This document shows, one piece after another, positions 14,201-28,100 of a stretch of 64,000 bases of DNA. The DNA comes from Phoronis australis (taxonomy: Eukaryota > Animalia > Phoronida). The position numbers and the translations under genes were made by a program. How positions within the stretch are numbered: the first letter of the stretch is position 1; each line of letters starts with the position of its first letter. The notes under the pieces were generated by a model. That model did not search any database, had not been told where the DNA came from, and saw only the letters and a program-made list of their open reading frames with translations. The stretch lies in NCBI GenBank assembly GCA_002633005.1, contig NMRA01000513.1, forward strand, positions 1-64,000, written 5' to 3'.

Positions 14201-14739
14201 TCACGGCTTTTGATCGGTAGCTTGCGCACACCGCATATTCGTTCATTGGTTGAATATCATATGTGCAACTCCAGACGCTTTTTGTAATCACGGTAAAGGG
14301 GGTGTATACAAAATGGTCAAATCGCCAGTGCCGGGTGGGATGAGCTTCTATTGAACGATGACGCTATGGTTCTTAAAATGGTTAGATGACAACTAGTGCC
14401 CTACTAATAACTTAGGAGTCACTGAACACTTCTCCGGATATGTTTTTTTCTTGTATTTTCGACTCTTTCTCTGGCTTAGAAGGTTTTTTATTGTAGTTAA
14501 AGATAGAACAAACATGTCTACAACCCTTCACATCTTTCCGTAAGTGAGTAATTGCTAAAGGCATGCAAGGAGAGTAGACATTAACGCTTTTAAATTTACT
14601 TTGAAATAGACTTTTTAAAACCTTCTTAAATCAGAAAAAACGCCATTGTATTCTACAATGTCGGTTTTTACATTGAACCCATTTATCATGAGGTCTAAAC
14701 TAACGAAATCGTCGTCAGCAACAATGGAGAAACGAATCA

Positions 14740-15400
14740 TCGTTATGTCTTAGTATTTCAAACACGGATTTCGTCCATTGACACACAATGTTGACTAAAG
14801 AACAAGCTGAATTAGATGCCTTCAGAGACAGGCTACAGCACATGATTCTGAGCGTAATTTCAAAACTTTCGAAGAACCTGTGAACAAAATCCAACAAAAG
14901 ATTTCAGGAAGTTCTGCCCAGGAAAAACGAGGAAATTGAGCACCCAAACTCTGAAGTGAAATCTAAGCCCGATGAAAAAAGTGTTAGTCTAACGACGAAA
15001 TCAAATAATCTAAAGCATTAATTCCGTCGGAACTACTTACTGATTACTGGCGTCAAGAAAACAGAAAACGACACTACAGACAGGCATGTTGGACTTTGTT
15101 CCCAAACGCAACCTGATAACGTCATAACGAAAAAACATCTGGACCGCACTCTGACTTAGAGACAGAATTGTTCTTAAATTTACAACCTACAATGCGCGTA
15201 AAGCATTTTTAATAAGAAAAAAGAAATAGGCCGCAGCATTTTTGCCAACGACTACTCTTTCAATGTCGACAGCTGAAACGAAAAGTAATGATTCAAGCTA
15301 CCTGGTCCACAGATGGTTCAGTGAAAAAGAGAGTCAACGACAAGACCTATACATTGACAAGTATTGGAGAAGTGAATAAACTGATAATCCCTGCAGAATA
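14740..15400 (+). mobile_element. Degenerate non-LTR retrotransposon ORF1 (coiled-coil + RRM type) relic
   Basis: NNLKH*FRRNYLLITGVKKTEND matches the ORF1 pattern LEQYSRRNNLxIxGVxE; also HLDRT, IVLKFTTYNAR, IQATWSTDG; many frameshifts and stops. Confidence 0.6.
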
Positions 15401-16323
15401 ATAAACAAATGTAGCAGCTATAGATCACAGTGACAGTTCTTTGACTTTTGTTTACAAGAACTCCGCATCGGTTTTACCACTCTCTTGATGTTGCGTAAGT
15501 AATGTCTCAATATCTGTCTCGCTGGCACCGTTCTGTGTTTATTAACGTAAACACCTAACTTAATCACTGGGTGACATCCAACCGATTATTTTGTTTTTAA
15601 GTCTCCCATCTCATAATACAGTATTTTTTCGATGCAGTCTTGATAATATATAGAGAGTTTATATTTTCGTTAGTTTAAACAGTAAACCACAACTTTTCAC
15701 ATTTGAATTTGGCATGACATTGTTGCAGAACAGCGCAGTTGCGATGTCGTTAGTCATACATGTACCAGTCCACGAGACCTTCAGTTATTGACAATACTCA
15801 GCTTTGCAGTGCAAATGGTTTGTTATTCAAATGTATTAGCAACTTACCATCAACATTTAGCAACACCGTTTTGAACCTATATGTTTTTTGCATTATCATA
15901 TATCTTCTACACGCACTGCTAAGAACTAGAGAATGAAACCTCGTCTACATATTGGAAAAGACATGACAATTTCAGATAAAAGATAAAAATTTTCAGGCAA
16001 CTATATTGCCATCTCATTATGTACTCAAAATGGGACCATTTTCAAATGCCTAGGTAGAGTTCAGTAACGCTAGAACCTCCCTAAAACGCAAGACTTTCCG
16101 AGATTACGTGAGATAGTGAGATACGTGTATTGCCGTGCATTTTAAAGGAGAACGCGTGGTTTTGGTTAGATTCTAGCGCAGGTCCTAGTGTTACTGAGCA
16201 CTATCATGTGATGACTAGTTCAGCGATTCAAAAATATCAGTCAGTCTTTGATATTTTTTTAATCTTTAGCACCAACTTAACTTTGAACCTGTGATTTCAC
16301 CTTCTCAACTCTTCACAACATGC

Positions 16324-16403
16324 GCAAAAATACGAGCGTAAAATTATGAACGTAAAGTTACGAACGTAGAATTATGAGCGCAAAACACGAGCGTAAAATT
16401 ACG
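16324..16403. repeat. Degenerate 14-bp tandem repeat (aaaattacgagcgt), about 5-6 units
   Basis: Direct inspection. Confidence 0.75.
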
Positions 16404-16567
16404 TGTATACAACTGCTAGATAGCTCAAGTGACCAACAAATCAATTTCTCATTGGTTATAACAATAACAAGCGAAGTCTAGCTTATAGTTACGAATGTGA
16501 TAACGGGCGAACGATTACAGTCGAAAACACAAGCGAAGTCTTGGATGTAAGTAAGAGCGTAATAACG

Positions 16568-16834
16568 CATGCGCGCACCCAGGGGGGTTTGAGTGGGCTT
16601 GAGCAAGCTCCGCTATTAGGCAATGTGTACTAAAAAGTTCCGCCTCAGAGAAACAAAAACTCCGAAAACAAGTAGAAAATGAGACAAAGGTCCACTAAAA
16701 AAGTATGAAATACCAAAAATCTGCGAAGGTACAATTTATAGTTTTCAACGTACTCGAGGAATCTTAGTAAAAGGTCCACATTATCAAAAATTCGACCCCC
16801 CCCCCCTCGCCATTTTGGGCTTCGTGCGCGCATG
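16568..16834. mobile_element. MITE with TIR CATGCGCGCAC
   Basis: CATGCGCGCAC ... GTGCGCGCATG; flanks taacg/ttacg. Confidence 0.7.
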
Positions 16835-17308
16835 TTACGAGCCTCACTACCCAAACGGCCCACGATAGGTTTGTGGCCACACAGCAATTAGGAGTGGCGC
16901 AAGTTAGGCCTAGGTTAGAACAAGTTACCCTACCTGGATTCCCCGCAAACAAAATGGATACTTTTCGGATTAGGACTGAATTAAATAGTAAAGTCTAACG
17001 GTTACTAGGAAGGTATAATTGCACAGAAGCCATGCATTACATTTTGTCGTACCTTTTCATATTTGACTATTTGACGGTAAAAAAATCAAAATAATGGACA
17101 TTTAGTCCACAGCCTACAGGGCTTATTTATAATCACTTGACATTCCATCGGAGTACAAGTAATCAGAACTTACAACCTGCAACAAAATCAAAACATTTGT
17201 CTAAAACGGCACACCATTATCAGTAAACTCAGTCTCAGTATAGAGGCAGTAAATATATAAATGCTGAGGATTGGCAATAGTGAAATGTATCAAATAAATA
17301 CAGAAAAA

Positions 17309-17380
17309 TCGGGAATCGAATCCCAGGTCTCTAGAATGCCACTTTAGTGCTCTTTCCACTGAGATAGGCCTACTGAGGAC
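17309..17380 (-). repeat. tRNA-derived SINE head
   Basis: Minus strand reads ...ctcagtggaaagagcac...gacctgggattcgattcccg (A-like and B-box motifs). Confidence 0.55.
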
Positions 17381-17708
17381 CCGATATCGGTTGCAGTCAA
17401 CTGTAATGCCGTACATGAACATCCCATGAGCGGGCGTTTTGCGTTTTCCATTATGGAGCATTATTGTAGGAGACTTCATGACGAATACAGTTGTGTGGCT
17501 AGCAGGAATCACAAGAAAGCACACAGGTTATTCCATTTGCTTCTGAAAGCAGTTATCATTCGACCGAGTATCATTAAATTGCAAGACAAATCTACCAATC
17601 ATTATTTTAGAAAAGGAAAGGATTGCAGTTATTCAGAGATCGCGCTGTGTCGCCCTGCGATGTGTTTTCTTGCAAACGAGACGCAAATCTCGGACCATAC
17701 AGTGTAGT

Positions 17709-18480
17709 TTAAAGGGAAGGCGACATTTTTGCGTCTTTTTTAGTAAACATACGGTTCGTTAATTATCCCAGACATGTGCTTCAGTTAATTACGGCTGCCT
17801 GTCATTTTATTAATTAGAGGTGCATTACTCCGTAAGTGACGTTTAGGGGGTTAAGAATTTCTCGCCATTTCGTTTCTAGTGTGTTCGAGTTACTGTTAGG
17901 ATCTGTTCTACTTTTGTTTTTTTTTTCTGGTCTCCTAAAATTGTCGGCACCACTTCCCATCGACCAGTATTCTATGACAAACTAGGTTGTTTGAAAAGTC
18001 ATTTGGATTTAGGAATCTATTACTTTGTAGTAGCAGTGGGTGGATACAGTATATGTTTGAGTGAAGCAGAATACAAACAACTGTAAAGAAGGATGAGGCA
18101 GAGAGCAGAGACTGAGGACAGACGCGGTGGTACGTCTCGGTGCAAGTACGGCGGAGCGTGACATCTTTCGGAAAGCGGTGTACTGGCATATCCAAAGTGC
18201 GCGTGAGAAGATAACGAGTACACCCCGGTACGCAGCAACAGTGCGGCATGTTGACTGACTCCAAAGTAAACCCAAACGACAATCAAAGTTATCACAACCG
18301 AGGTAAAACACAGTCAGACTACATGAAAACAAAATAGAGAGAAATTTTTAAACGTCTAAACGTCACTTCCGTAGTTAGGCACAACTAATTGATGAAAATA
18401 CCGGGAGCCGTTGTTAACTGAAAAACATGTCTGGAATAATCAACGAACCGTATTTTTACTAAAAGTGACATGAAAAGTAA
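17709..18480 (-). mobile_element. Kolobok-like non-autonomous DNA transposon with long inverted repeats and a THAP-domain remnant
   Basis: TTAA|AGGG left end; ~135-bp imperfect inverted repeats (17730-17865 vs 18337-18475); minus-strand MPHCCCVPGC...VHRFPKDVTLRR from 18249 is a THAP N-terminus. Confidence 0.65.
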
Positions 18481-19093
18481 TCGTGGGCGGAAAAAGTTAA
18501 GGTTAAAAATAAAATTTTCAATACCAATTTAAAGTTACATGTTTAATGACTTATTTCAAAATCGAAATTTAAAATCGAAACATGTTTAGCGTTCAAAATA
18601 ACACATTTAGAAAATCAATATCAATTTCAATCTTCTATGACAGTTATGTAATCCCATTCCATTTGAATCCTGGAACTGTAAAATGACGCACGTATTTGAA
18701 TTAAACGTGATTTGCTGTGTCCTTGTGTTTCACGCCTTGACTTCGAAGGTCCATGTAAAAATTGAGCATGATAAGTCATTGAATCAACAGGCTGGTGTTT
18801 TCTGAGCTGCCCAAATGTACATGTATATTACACAATGCTCTGGTGGGGTCTCGAGCACTGTTAACATGCTTAGAAGTCATTGGCTAATCTCGTTGGAAAA
18901 ACGCGAAAGTGAACTGGTCAGTGCCACTTACTTGTCGTTAATCTGGAAAAGTTGCCAGGGGTGGGCGTTATGTAATAAGTTAAATACCATGGACCGCAGA
19001 CAATACAGTAGCAGGAATATAGGTCACGGCAGTCGGACGCTATTCTTTGCCAAGGGAACTTTACATGTATAGTTCGGCCGGTGTGAAACGAAC

Positions 19094-19142
19094 ATGTCTC
19101 GAATATTCCTGTCGCTGTTGCTGTGTTATCTTTTCAGTACAG
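19094..19142 (+). CDS. nAChR-like exon 1 (signal peptide)
   Basis: ATG in aacATGt context, hydrophobic MSRIFLSLLLCYLFST, donor G|gtatga (phase 1) compatible with exon 2. Confidence 0.8.
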
Positions 19143-22100
19143 GTATGATATTACACAGTCAGAATCAAGTGCATGGTTCTAATAATTCATATTTACTCCT
19201 CAATATTGGTTTGAGCACCTATTATGTTACCGTTATTATACATGTAAAATGTACACGCCGTTGCTAATTATTAATGAATTAAAATTTTTAGTGCCGCCTT
19301 AATTCATTTGGCAATGTCTTAAGTGTATATTAGATTAGGTATTGTCACATTGATGTATTTCTAATGATTATAGTGACGGGACCTCGCCATTTTTAATTCA
19401 TCGATTTCTTTAAATGTTAATACTTTGTACTTTAGTCTTGGTCTGTTATAATTTGAAAAGGCATCTCCACCAGCTCGAACAATGTGAATTTTACACGGAA
19501 GCGTCTTAGAAGCCACATGTCATTATATTAATTACTGAAGTCTTTTTACAACAGGTTAATTGTGTTGTACGATGTCAATTACAAGTTTGAACTAAACAGC
19601 TTTATTTATACAGTATTCCTAAGGTTATTGATTTTTACGTCGGCGAAAGTAAAAGTTTTTTTTGGAAATGGGAGTTCCTCGAATGTTATCGTGTATGGTT
19701 TTCAACAAAGAGTTGTTATTTTTTTCATATTTTATGTTGACGCCCATTGTGTTTTCTTTAAATCGGAACATAATACGGCAGCCTGAACTTCTTTTTTTGA
19801 GATATTTCACTGACTTTCTCAAAAACGCTCCAATATTGAAGATCACGATCACCCGTTCCATTTCACTATATGGCGATTAGGTTGTCGGGATTGCGAGAAA
19901 TGTTCAGAACCAGTGGCGGACTTAGAGCGGGCAAGGGGGCCATGCCCCCTCCCATTAAAATTCTCCCAGATTCCATTTGCCACTTCAAGGGTGCGAATGA
20001 CGGCAAAATCCTGGATCGCCCCTTGGAGAATCTAGAAGTTTCTTCATGAATAAATTCAGAATTGGCATTTCAGTTAAACGTCACACTGTCTAGTTTTGGG
20101 TGTGCTTTTTGTATACTATGACTTCATTGTGAAATTTGATGTGTCTGACCAATTATTAAACGCCGGTTTATAACAACAACTCAACGACCAATCATTTTTC
20201 AATTAAATAAACTACATTGTTTTATTTTCTTTTATTTTATTTGATAAGAAATTCAGATAGGTACAGCATTATAACTAGACGCTGTTATGCCACAACGAAT
20301 TCAGGAAACAAAGCATATTTCTCAAACGCTCAATGCGACGAAAAAATGCACTGGGGCAGGTCGGTGGAAAGACGAATAATTAACATGTACCGCCTGAGTG
20401 ACGGAATAAAGTCGCCTGTTGATCAGCCTGTCAGCCACGGTTACAGAATGACTGCAAAAGCCTTTGTTTCGTTATCAGTATTTACAATAACTGGACACTG
20501 TCTGGCGGTCTTCTCGTCGTTTCTGGTGTCCAGTTTGAGATACCACCTGACACCAGCGCAAGTGGGTGACTGAGGGATTATGACATTTTTAGAACATTTT
20601 TCTCACCCAAAATATTGGCCTCCATTATCAGAAGGAACAACATTCCGGGGAGATCTTTTTCTTGTTGAGAAATCAACCAATTTCCACCTACGATCACATT
20701 GAATTTTACTGAAAATAATTCGATGAGTCTGTAAACTATAACTTTTCAGGAAATACCTTTGAACTTGAAAAGTCCAGGGCATCCAGATTAAATATGTAGC
20801 AACTTTTTTGATCAGAAAGCTGTCTTTGTAGTACTTAATCGTTTTAAGGTTCTTGGGTGAGATATTTTTTTCTTCTGCTACATGTAGTGTTGAAAACAAA
20901 AATAAGACCTACGTCATGTTATTTTTATTGGCTGAGAAGTTGTTATTTCATAGGTGTGACGGACGTACAAAATTGCCATACGTCTTTCGCAAAATTCCTG
21001 ACTTAATGAATAATCCCAGGGGTCTAAAATTTTGGTCAATAGTATCAAGTAAAAAGTTCAAAGAGAATCTGAAATTATTTAATTCTTGATTGAAAATTTT
21101 TAACGTAACTAAACGTTTTAGTACATATTCAATAGTACAATGAAATACACATAATTAGCTTTTTTATGACAATAATTAGCAACACACATGAAAATCAAAC
21201 AAATTTTTAAGGTCAAATGACCCCAAAAATGGGTCTGTTTAGGCAAAAAATTGAAAGTTATATGACCAATTTGGTTCATGAAAATAGAGACTGGGCTTTC
21301 AGACGAGACCAGAAATGTAAGTCACAACTTCAATTTTTTTATCTTTAAATTGACCTTTCCACGGAATTACCCAACTAATTATTCCCTGTTCAAAACTTCT
21401 GGCTTTACCAATAAGAGTTGAAATTAAAAAAAGAAGCTGGTAACTTGCACTTGGTAAAAACTGCCTGTTCTTAACTGTTGTAATTGCTAGTTTGTAATTA
21501 ATTAATTGGGAACTGTACTTTTGCAAATTCCTCGCTCATTTTTCACAGTAAGTGATGAGATTGACCTATACTAAGTACATGATTTCGGTAACGATTCTCA
21601 TTCCAAAATTACATGAATATGTCCCCTACTGCCTCTCCTCACCATTTTATCGTCAAATTTCTGTTCGCACTATTACGCAGTTGACACATGTTTGCTCAAG
21701 TCAAGATTACGGCAACACTTTTTGCTTATAAATGAAACGGCATCAACGATTCTGAATGGTGTTCTTGCTGTTGTGAGATTCTCCTTAATTTTCGTGGCAT
21801 AACATAGAGCAACAAGAGGCAACATTTCACAATTTTCCGTATTTTTTATAATTGCGGTCATCTGACCCATTGCACACAAAATTCCTTGAAGTGGTACCCT
21901 GGTCATAAATTTGGACCTCATAAATAACCTGGCTCTATAACCGATTCTTGTTACTTGAGGCATACCAGGACCACCTTAGAAATTTGAAACGTTGGCCTGG
22001 GACCATAGCCTGAGCCCGGGTCGGTGGCGACAGGTCTCGGCCAGTTTGACGGAAGAGCAATACACTAGAACTCTCATATGCGAGGCCGCAACAGAAGCGG

Positions 22101-25100
22101 AACTTGTTGACTCGCCCGGGGCTTGAAGATGGTGTTGGCTGGTCAGGGCCAGAACCAAGTTCCTAACGAAATCGCAAGTCAGTGAAGGGGCGTATAAATA
22201 GGCATCTATATGCTGCGTATCATCATTCCCCACCTCTGAATCGCCTGAACTGAATTCGAGTTCACAAATATCTATGAATTGGGCTATATTTTCGAAAAAT
22301 GAGGAAGCAACTCTCCTTCGGTAGCCGCCCTTTAACTAATTCGGGAACCAATCACGGACGTCGTTTTCATAACATATGAAACGAAAGATCGAACATATAG
22401 TAAGTTAATCGCACATAAATATTTTCATTATGGAATACAAAAATGTTAACAGCTAATGTATAAAGTACATTGTATAAGATCAAATATAAATATTAGATAT
22501 CGGATACATATATTTACATCAAACTTATTTTTGAACATTGAATTTTGCAACACATAACACGCCATATCCAACTATAAGGTAGCAATTAGTGCTATACATG
22601 GAAATTATCGAATCAATTGAAATTTTAATTTCTTGAAATGATCGATTGCCTTCCGTGGAAAAAACGAACATTGAAATGAGTGGCGCAGCACTGAAAAATG
22701 TGAGGGTTAAAGCCCCCTCAGCCCCCCCGCTTGGTTCACCACCTATAGACCATGTGCAGGGTAGCACTCAAAAAAGTGGGGCTATAGCCCCCCAGCCCCC
22801 TATAATGTGCCGCCCATGATTGAGTAAGGCCTACAGTAGTAGATTTCTTGTATCGCTCTACTCTAGACGTATAAAATTGCTTCAAAACCACAGGCAATAG
22901 ATGTCGGCATGGAACGCGAAAACTCCTAAAAATATCTTTCTAACAGTTTCAAGTACCTAAACTACACGTCAACGGACTCATAAACACGGGCACGGACGCC
23001 TGAACACGACTCACTGACCTCCAAACACCGTCCACTGACTCACAAACACGGGAAAGGACCTACAAAACACGAGCCACGCACCCAAATACACGGGATACGA
23101 AATCATATTCACGAGGAAACGAGGTTAACGGGCCGCCTAACACGGGTCACGGACTCATCGGCTTCCTGTGTCAGCTGACATCTTCATTTTGTCCGTAAAC
23201 CGTGTTTGGCTGTCCGTTAACCGTGTTTCCTCGTGAATATGAGTCCGTGTCCCGTGTATTTGAGTGCGTGGATCGTGTTTTGTGAGTCCGTTCCCGTGTT
23301 TGTGAGTCAGTGGACGGTTTTTCCAGGTCCGTGAGTCGTGTTCATGCGTGAGTTCTTTCGTTGACCGTGTAGTTTAGGTACCTTGAGTTTCTCGTTCTTG
23401 GGACTGCTAGCGTACGTGTTATTCACTTTGAATATTGCAATACTGAAAATGTATTTCCAACATGTGCCGTTTTACCAGTTACCCTTCATAATCGGTAAGC
23501 ATATTTTACGCCGAATCTTGTTCAAATCTTAATTACGACATGCGACCACAGTCTTTTCGCTCAAGGTTTTCTATTTGCCATAAGTTCCCCAGATGTATTT
23601 TACAAATCAACAGACTGCTGTACGTTTGGCAACATAAACAAGTTTAACGATATGCACGAGCAGGTGTGGGCGTAACCACTGCGAAAAGTCACGTGATAAC
23701 CCAGCATATTCATCGAATTTCACAAAAATACAATTGTGAGGGGAAAGTAAACCTAAACTAATTTTATTTCTAAAGCGGGACAATATTGTAATTGAACGTG
23801 TCTGTACGTCTGTGGTGTTTACTTGAGATAAGAAGAGTTTAGTTTCTTCACTGAAGAACTTTTTTTTAGAATTTATGCATGCACAGTTCCGAAACTCTCT
23901 AGAGCTTAGGTTTCATATGAAGAAAGTAAGGTCTGGATGGTCAACAAACTATTGTAAGGCAAGGCGTTTTCATAGTCGATTTATCTCAGATCATTCTCTT
24001 GCATCCGCTTGGCACATATACCGTCGTTCCTTTTCGCAAGAGTTTAAGTCAAAGATATGAAATAAATATAAAGTGAAGCAGATACAGTGCTTTTCCAAGT
24101 TTAAGAAAGGAAATCACGCAGCTCTCCATTATGACTCCTATTATTTGGAACGTTACCCCCCCCCCCAAATATCTTTAACTAAAGACTCGGGTTTTAGTTA
24201 TAGATTTTTCTTATACCGCAGACCTATGAGGTTATTTCTTATCTTCTTATAGACAATTTATTCGCCAACATGTCTAGCTGTATATTTTTGTAGTGACTTT
24301 GAGTGTCAATACTCTTGACAAGGAACTGACAAAGAAGATTCTGGAAGGTTATGAAAGGTCAACCCGTCCCACAGACACTTTCCGAGATGCTGTGAACGTG
24401 ACCATGGAAATCGGGCTGCGAGAATTGTCGGAATTGGTACGTAAGAAAAGCCATGTTCAAAGTTTGAGTTATCTTAGAACCGCTTCTGGAGTATCTTGGC
24501 CCCAACAGCCAAATCTAATGTACTGTACACTTACAATTCGTTGTATTGGTTGTTTTATGGCAACTCGTAGTGTTTACGGGGCAAGTTGTACTTGAGAAAT
24601 ATTACGTCACTGGTGAGGGTGTCTCTAATGTCAATTACTGGACGTGCCCGCGAAAACGATGTGCACATGCTTTGGTTAGCCAAGGGTTCCTTTCCGCGTC
24701 ATGGGAAACGTCATTAATTCGGGGTCCATTCAGTTAAACGAGTAAGTGCACAACTTTGTCCAGCAACTGGCCCGTTGAAGGTATTGCTTTTCTAAAGATA
24801 TATGAACTAGATTATCTAAGGGTGGCAAGTATGTCACTGCCAACACATTCAGAAATATCACAAACTTCCTGAGAGCCAACTTTGGCTCAGTTGTGGACTG
24901 AATGGCAAGGTGACAATGTTGTCCTAAATATCCGGTACTTGGCGAAGTTTTCAAGACGTCCACCCGGGTCAGTGTTTTATCTGTTAGGTAGTCCTCGATG
25001 CAAAGAAAATGCACTTGAAATTATTACAAGTAAAACCCTAATGCCATTACTTTTGCAAGTTGTTTTTATCCCTAATCACCACCGGCATTTCAGTAACCAG

Positions 25101-28100
25101 AGAGGCACCGAGATCTCCACGCTGTAGTACAAGATTACTTCTTAAATAACATGCACATTATTCATGTGTCCATGACGTAAATGTGTTGGCAAGCTTTGTT
25201 TTCGCCATTTACTTGTTTTTCAACAGAAGCCTTGGTAACGGTTGACCAGTGGAGCCGATCGAGATCCGCGGGATGGAAACTAACTTCATGAATTATCTAA
25301 TCGTCTGTGCCCAAACAACAAAGCTAACATAATAGCGAAGTACAAATCTCATAAAATTATTATCAAATACTGTGTTGGCCAGTACTCTAACAAAAGCGCA
25401 CTTTTCTTTTTGTTACAAGGTCCCTAGGGAGCTCAGTGTAAAAATTATTCTCCACAACGTGAGTGCGCACCTGCTAAGCGTGCTGAACTCTAGATTGTGG
25501 ACTCGTGTGTCTAGAACTAGGCCTGAGAGTGTTCACATGCTGTGCTATTAGCAGGCAAATGACCAAACCGTTTCCTATGACTTTTAACAGGCGAACCCAG
25601 GATTTTGAGTTCAGGGGATAGGCCTAGTATTAGCCAGGATTTTGCTGTCAGACATTCACACTCCAGAACTGTCAAATGGAATCTGAGACAATTTTAGGGG
25701 GGACATGGCCCCTTGCCTCCCCTCTTAATCCGCCACTGTTCACAGTGATCATGTTTGTTGAAAGAACGTTCGTAATGAGTATGAAACTGCATAGTTAACT
25801 ACCTAAACGTCTGTACACATTTTTGCGATTGGACCACTGACAAGCATGCGGTGGAGCATCAATATCGTAAGATTTTCTTAGGTCGATTGTGCATTAAGAT
25901 GCGCCATTCTTCCCACCACAAATTCTGTTGGCCACTGTATTGTTATTACAATTGACCTATACAGTAGTTTTTTGACTTGTTTCCCATGTAACTTATCTGT
26001 CTGCAAGATATTTGTTTGAGAAACTGAAAAAGCCAACGATAGATAATACACTCCAACTGGCATGCAGCGCAGTAGCTTTAGTTGTTAACTTAGTTGGTAA
26101 ACGATCGCCGACCTCGTTACTTCCGCTTAGGAACCGGGCATTATGGGTTTTACAGCCAAAAACTACGCTCTGTGGGATATTTGTTGGGCGGGATAGACTT
26201 TTTCTTGTTATCGGCTTTGAAACGGCGAAATGCATGTTTTTGTGATTTTGTTACAGATCATCAAATTTCACTGATGTCTGTAAGACGTTCGCTGAAATCA
26301 GACCACCCGGTTCATTATCGTTGAAATACGCTGATACTACATGCACATGTACCTTGTGGGATCCAGTTCAGCGGCAGAGCGGAATTCGGGTGTTCGAAAC
26401 CGCGATATTCTTAATTGTGAGAAACTATATTGCTTTCCGAGAATGTAACTTAAATCCAAATTCAAATTGATCGCCTGTAGTACGCCGTAAAATGTAACAA
26501 TTTCGTAACAACAGTTACATTTTACATCACTGTTACACTTCACGTTGCTAGGCCTCTCCTAAAATGTAGGAGAGGTCTAGCAACGTAAAGTAAAATGTAA
26601 CTGTTGTTACATTTTATATAATTGTTACAATTTACGTCGAATGCAGGTGAAAATCTGTCAAAAAGCGCCAGCTAGAATTGATAGCTGTGCCTCTATGTAC
26701 ATTCCATTGCTTTTTATTGAATAGTTTCTTGGTATAAAACAATGAAACCCGGTACAGTTTCAACTCCGGACGAAAGGAGTCACCAGGATTGTTAGAACTT
26801 TCTTGCAATCTTTTCTTGGCTCTCACAGGTCACAAATCAGCTGTGTATCCAGCATTACAGTAAACACACTTCCTTTGGTAAGCACAACAAAAACAATGAC
26901 GTCGTATTTTGGCTAACATTTATCGCATTTCTGATGGAACAAACGGCCATAACAATTTTTACGGAGAATTCAATTTTGAAAGCCAATTTGATAGTTTGAT
27001 TTATTTCAGCCAGTGTTCTATTGCCTTGGAGTCATTGTTTATGCAGTAATTGCCCTGCTCCACACAAACGGATCGAGCCCAAAGTTTCTGATCGTGACGG
27101 GTTCTGTCTACCTACCACCTTAGTTGCGAATTTAGTGGTGGAAGGAAACAAACTTACGCATTCATTTTTGGGCAGACTGAAAGATTTTTGCCAGTTCAAC
27201 ACCAAAAGGTCGCCTTTGAGAAGAGCGAGCCAGTATTTTAAAACAGTGGCGGCTTATTCCCGTGTTTAAACTTTTTAAAAGCTGGAAGAAATAGTATTGT
27301 TCCTATGTTTTCGAATCGGTTTGAAAGAGTCGAGGTAGCAACAGATCAAACCGTGACGTGTACACGTAACATGGGAGAACTACCTGGGGAAATAAAAAAT
27401 GGTTTGGCACTCTGAAAGATTATGATCCTTTTGCTCAAACCGGCTCTCGGTCGATAGTTTAAAGAGGCAATAGTGCGAAGAAAGCTGATTGTCTGCCTTT
27501 CAGACTACAAAACATACACTTTCTCTCTCTCATTTTTTTGTAAGATAAAACTTCAATTAAATTGGCTATTTAGTCAATGTTCGTTAGTCCGAAGCACATA
27601 TCAATAAATTCAGAGGTTGGATATTCTACTCTTAACGGACGTGAAGTTAAGTGTCTCATGAGACGCCACTTTTGGGGTGGCAGCTCTGCGTTTTTGCTTC
27701 GTACAATCCACCTTCAATGAAGTTTAGTTCAAAGTAAAAAAGTATAGGGACCCGTTACACACAAAATTGTTGCGTGTTTCGTATGTTACCATCTTTTCTA
27801 ATGGCCCGGTGACACCAGCCACGGCTGACTAGTCGGCAGTCCTCGAAAAATTTCTGCCTCCGGAGTTCCAACTTAACGCGATTTTTGAACTTACACGTCA
27901 TCATGAAACCAGCCCCAGTTCTTTGAAAAGGAATTTCTTTAGCAAGAGAAAAAATGATAACATGGTGGGTATCCTCACGTTTGGACGCAAGTCACAAGTA
28001 AAACATTGCAGTCTGCAGTCAGTTCTTCGTGTGAAACTACAGAAAGAAATTATAGTTATATTAACAAACAGTATCGGGCTTGCCGATAGGCCAAATTTTT

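Noticed and set aside
18980-19000. RE1/NRSE-like site upstream of the receptor (accatggac)
   Set aside because: Only the central 9 nt match; both flanks of the consensus are missing
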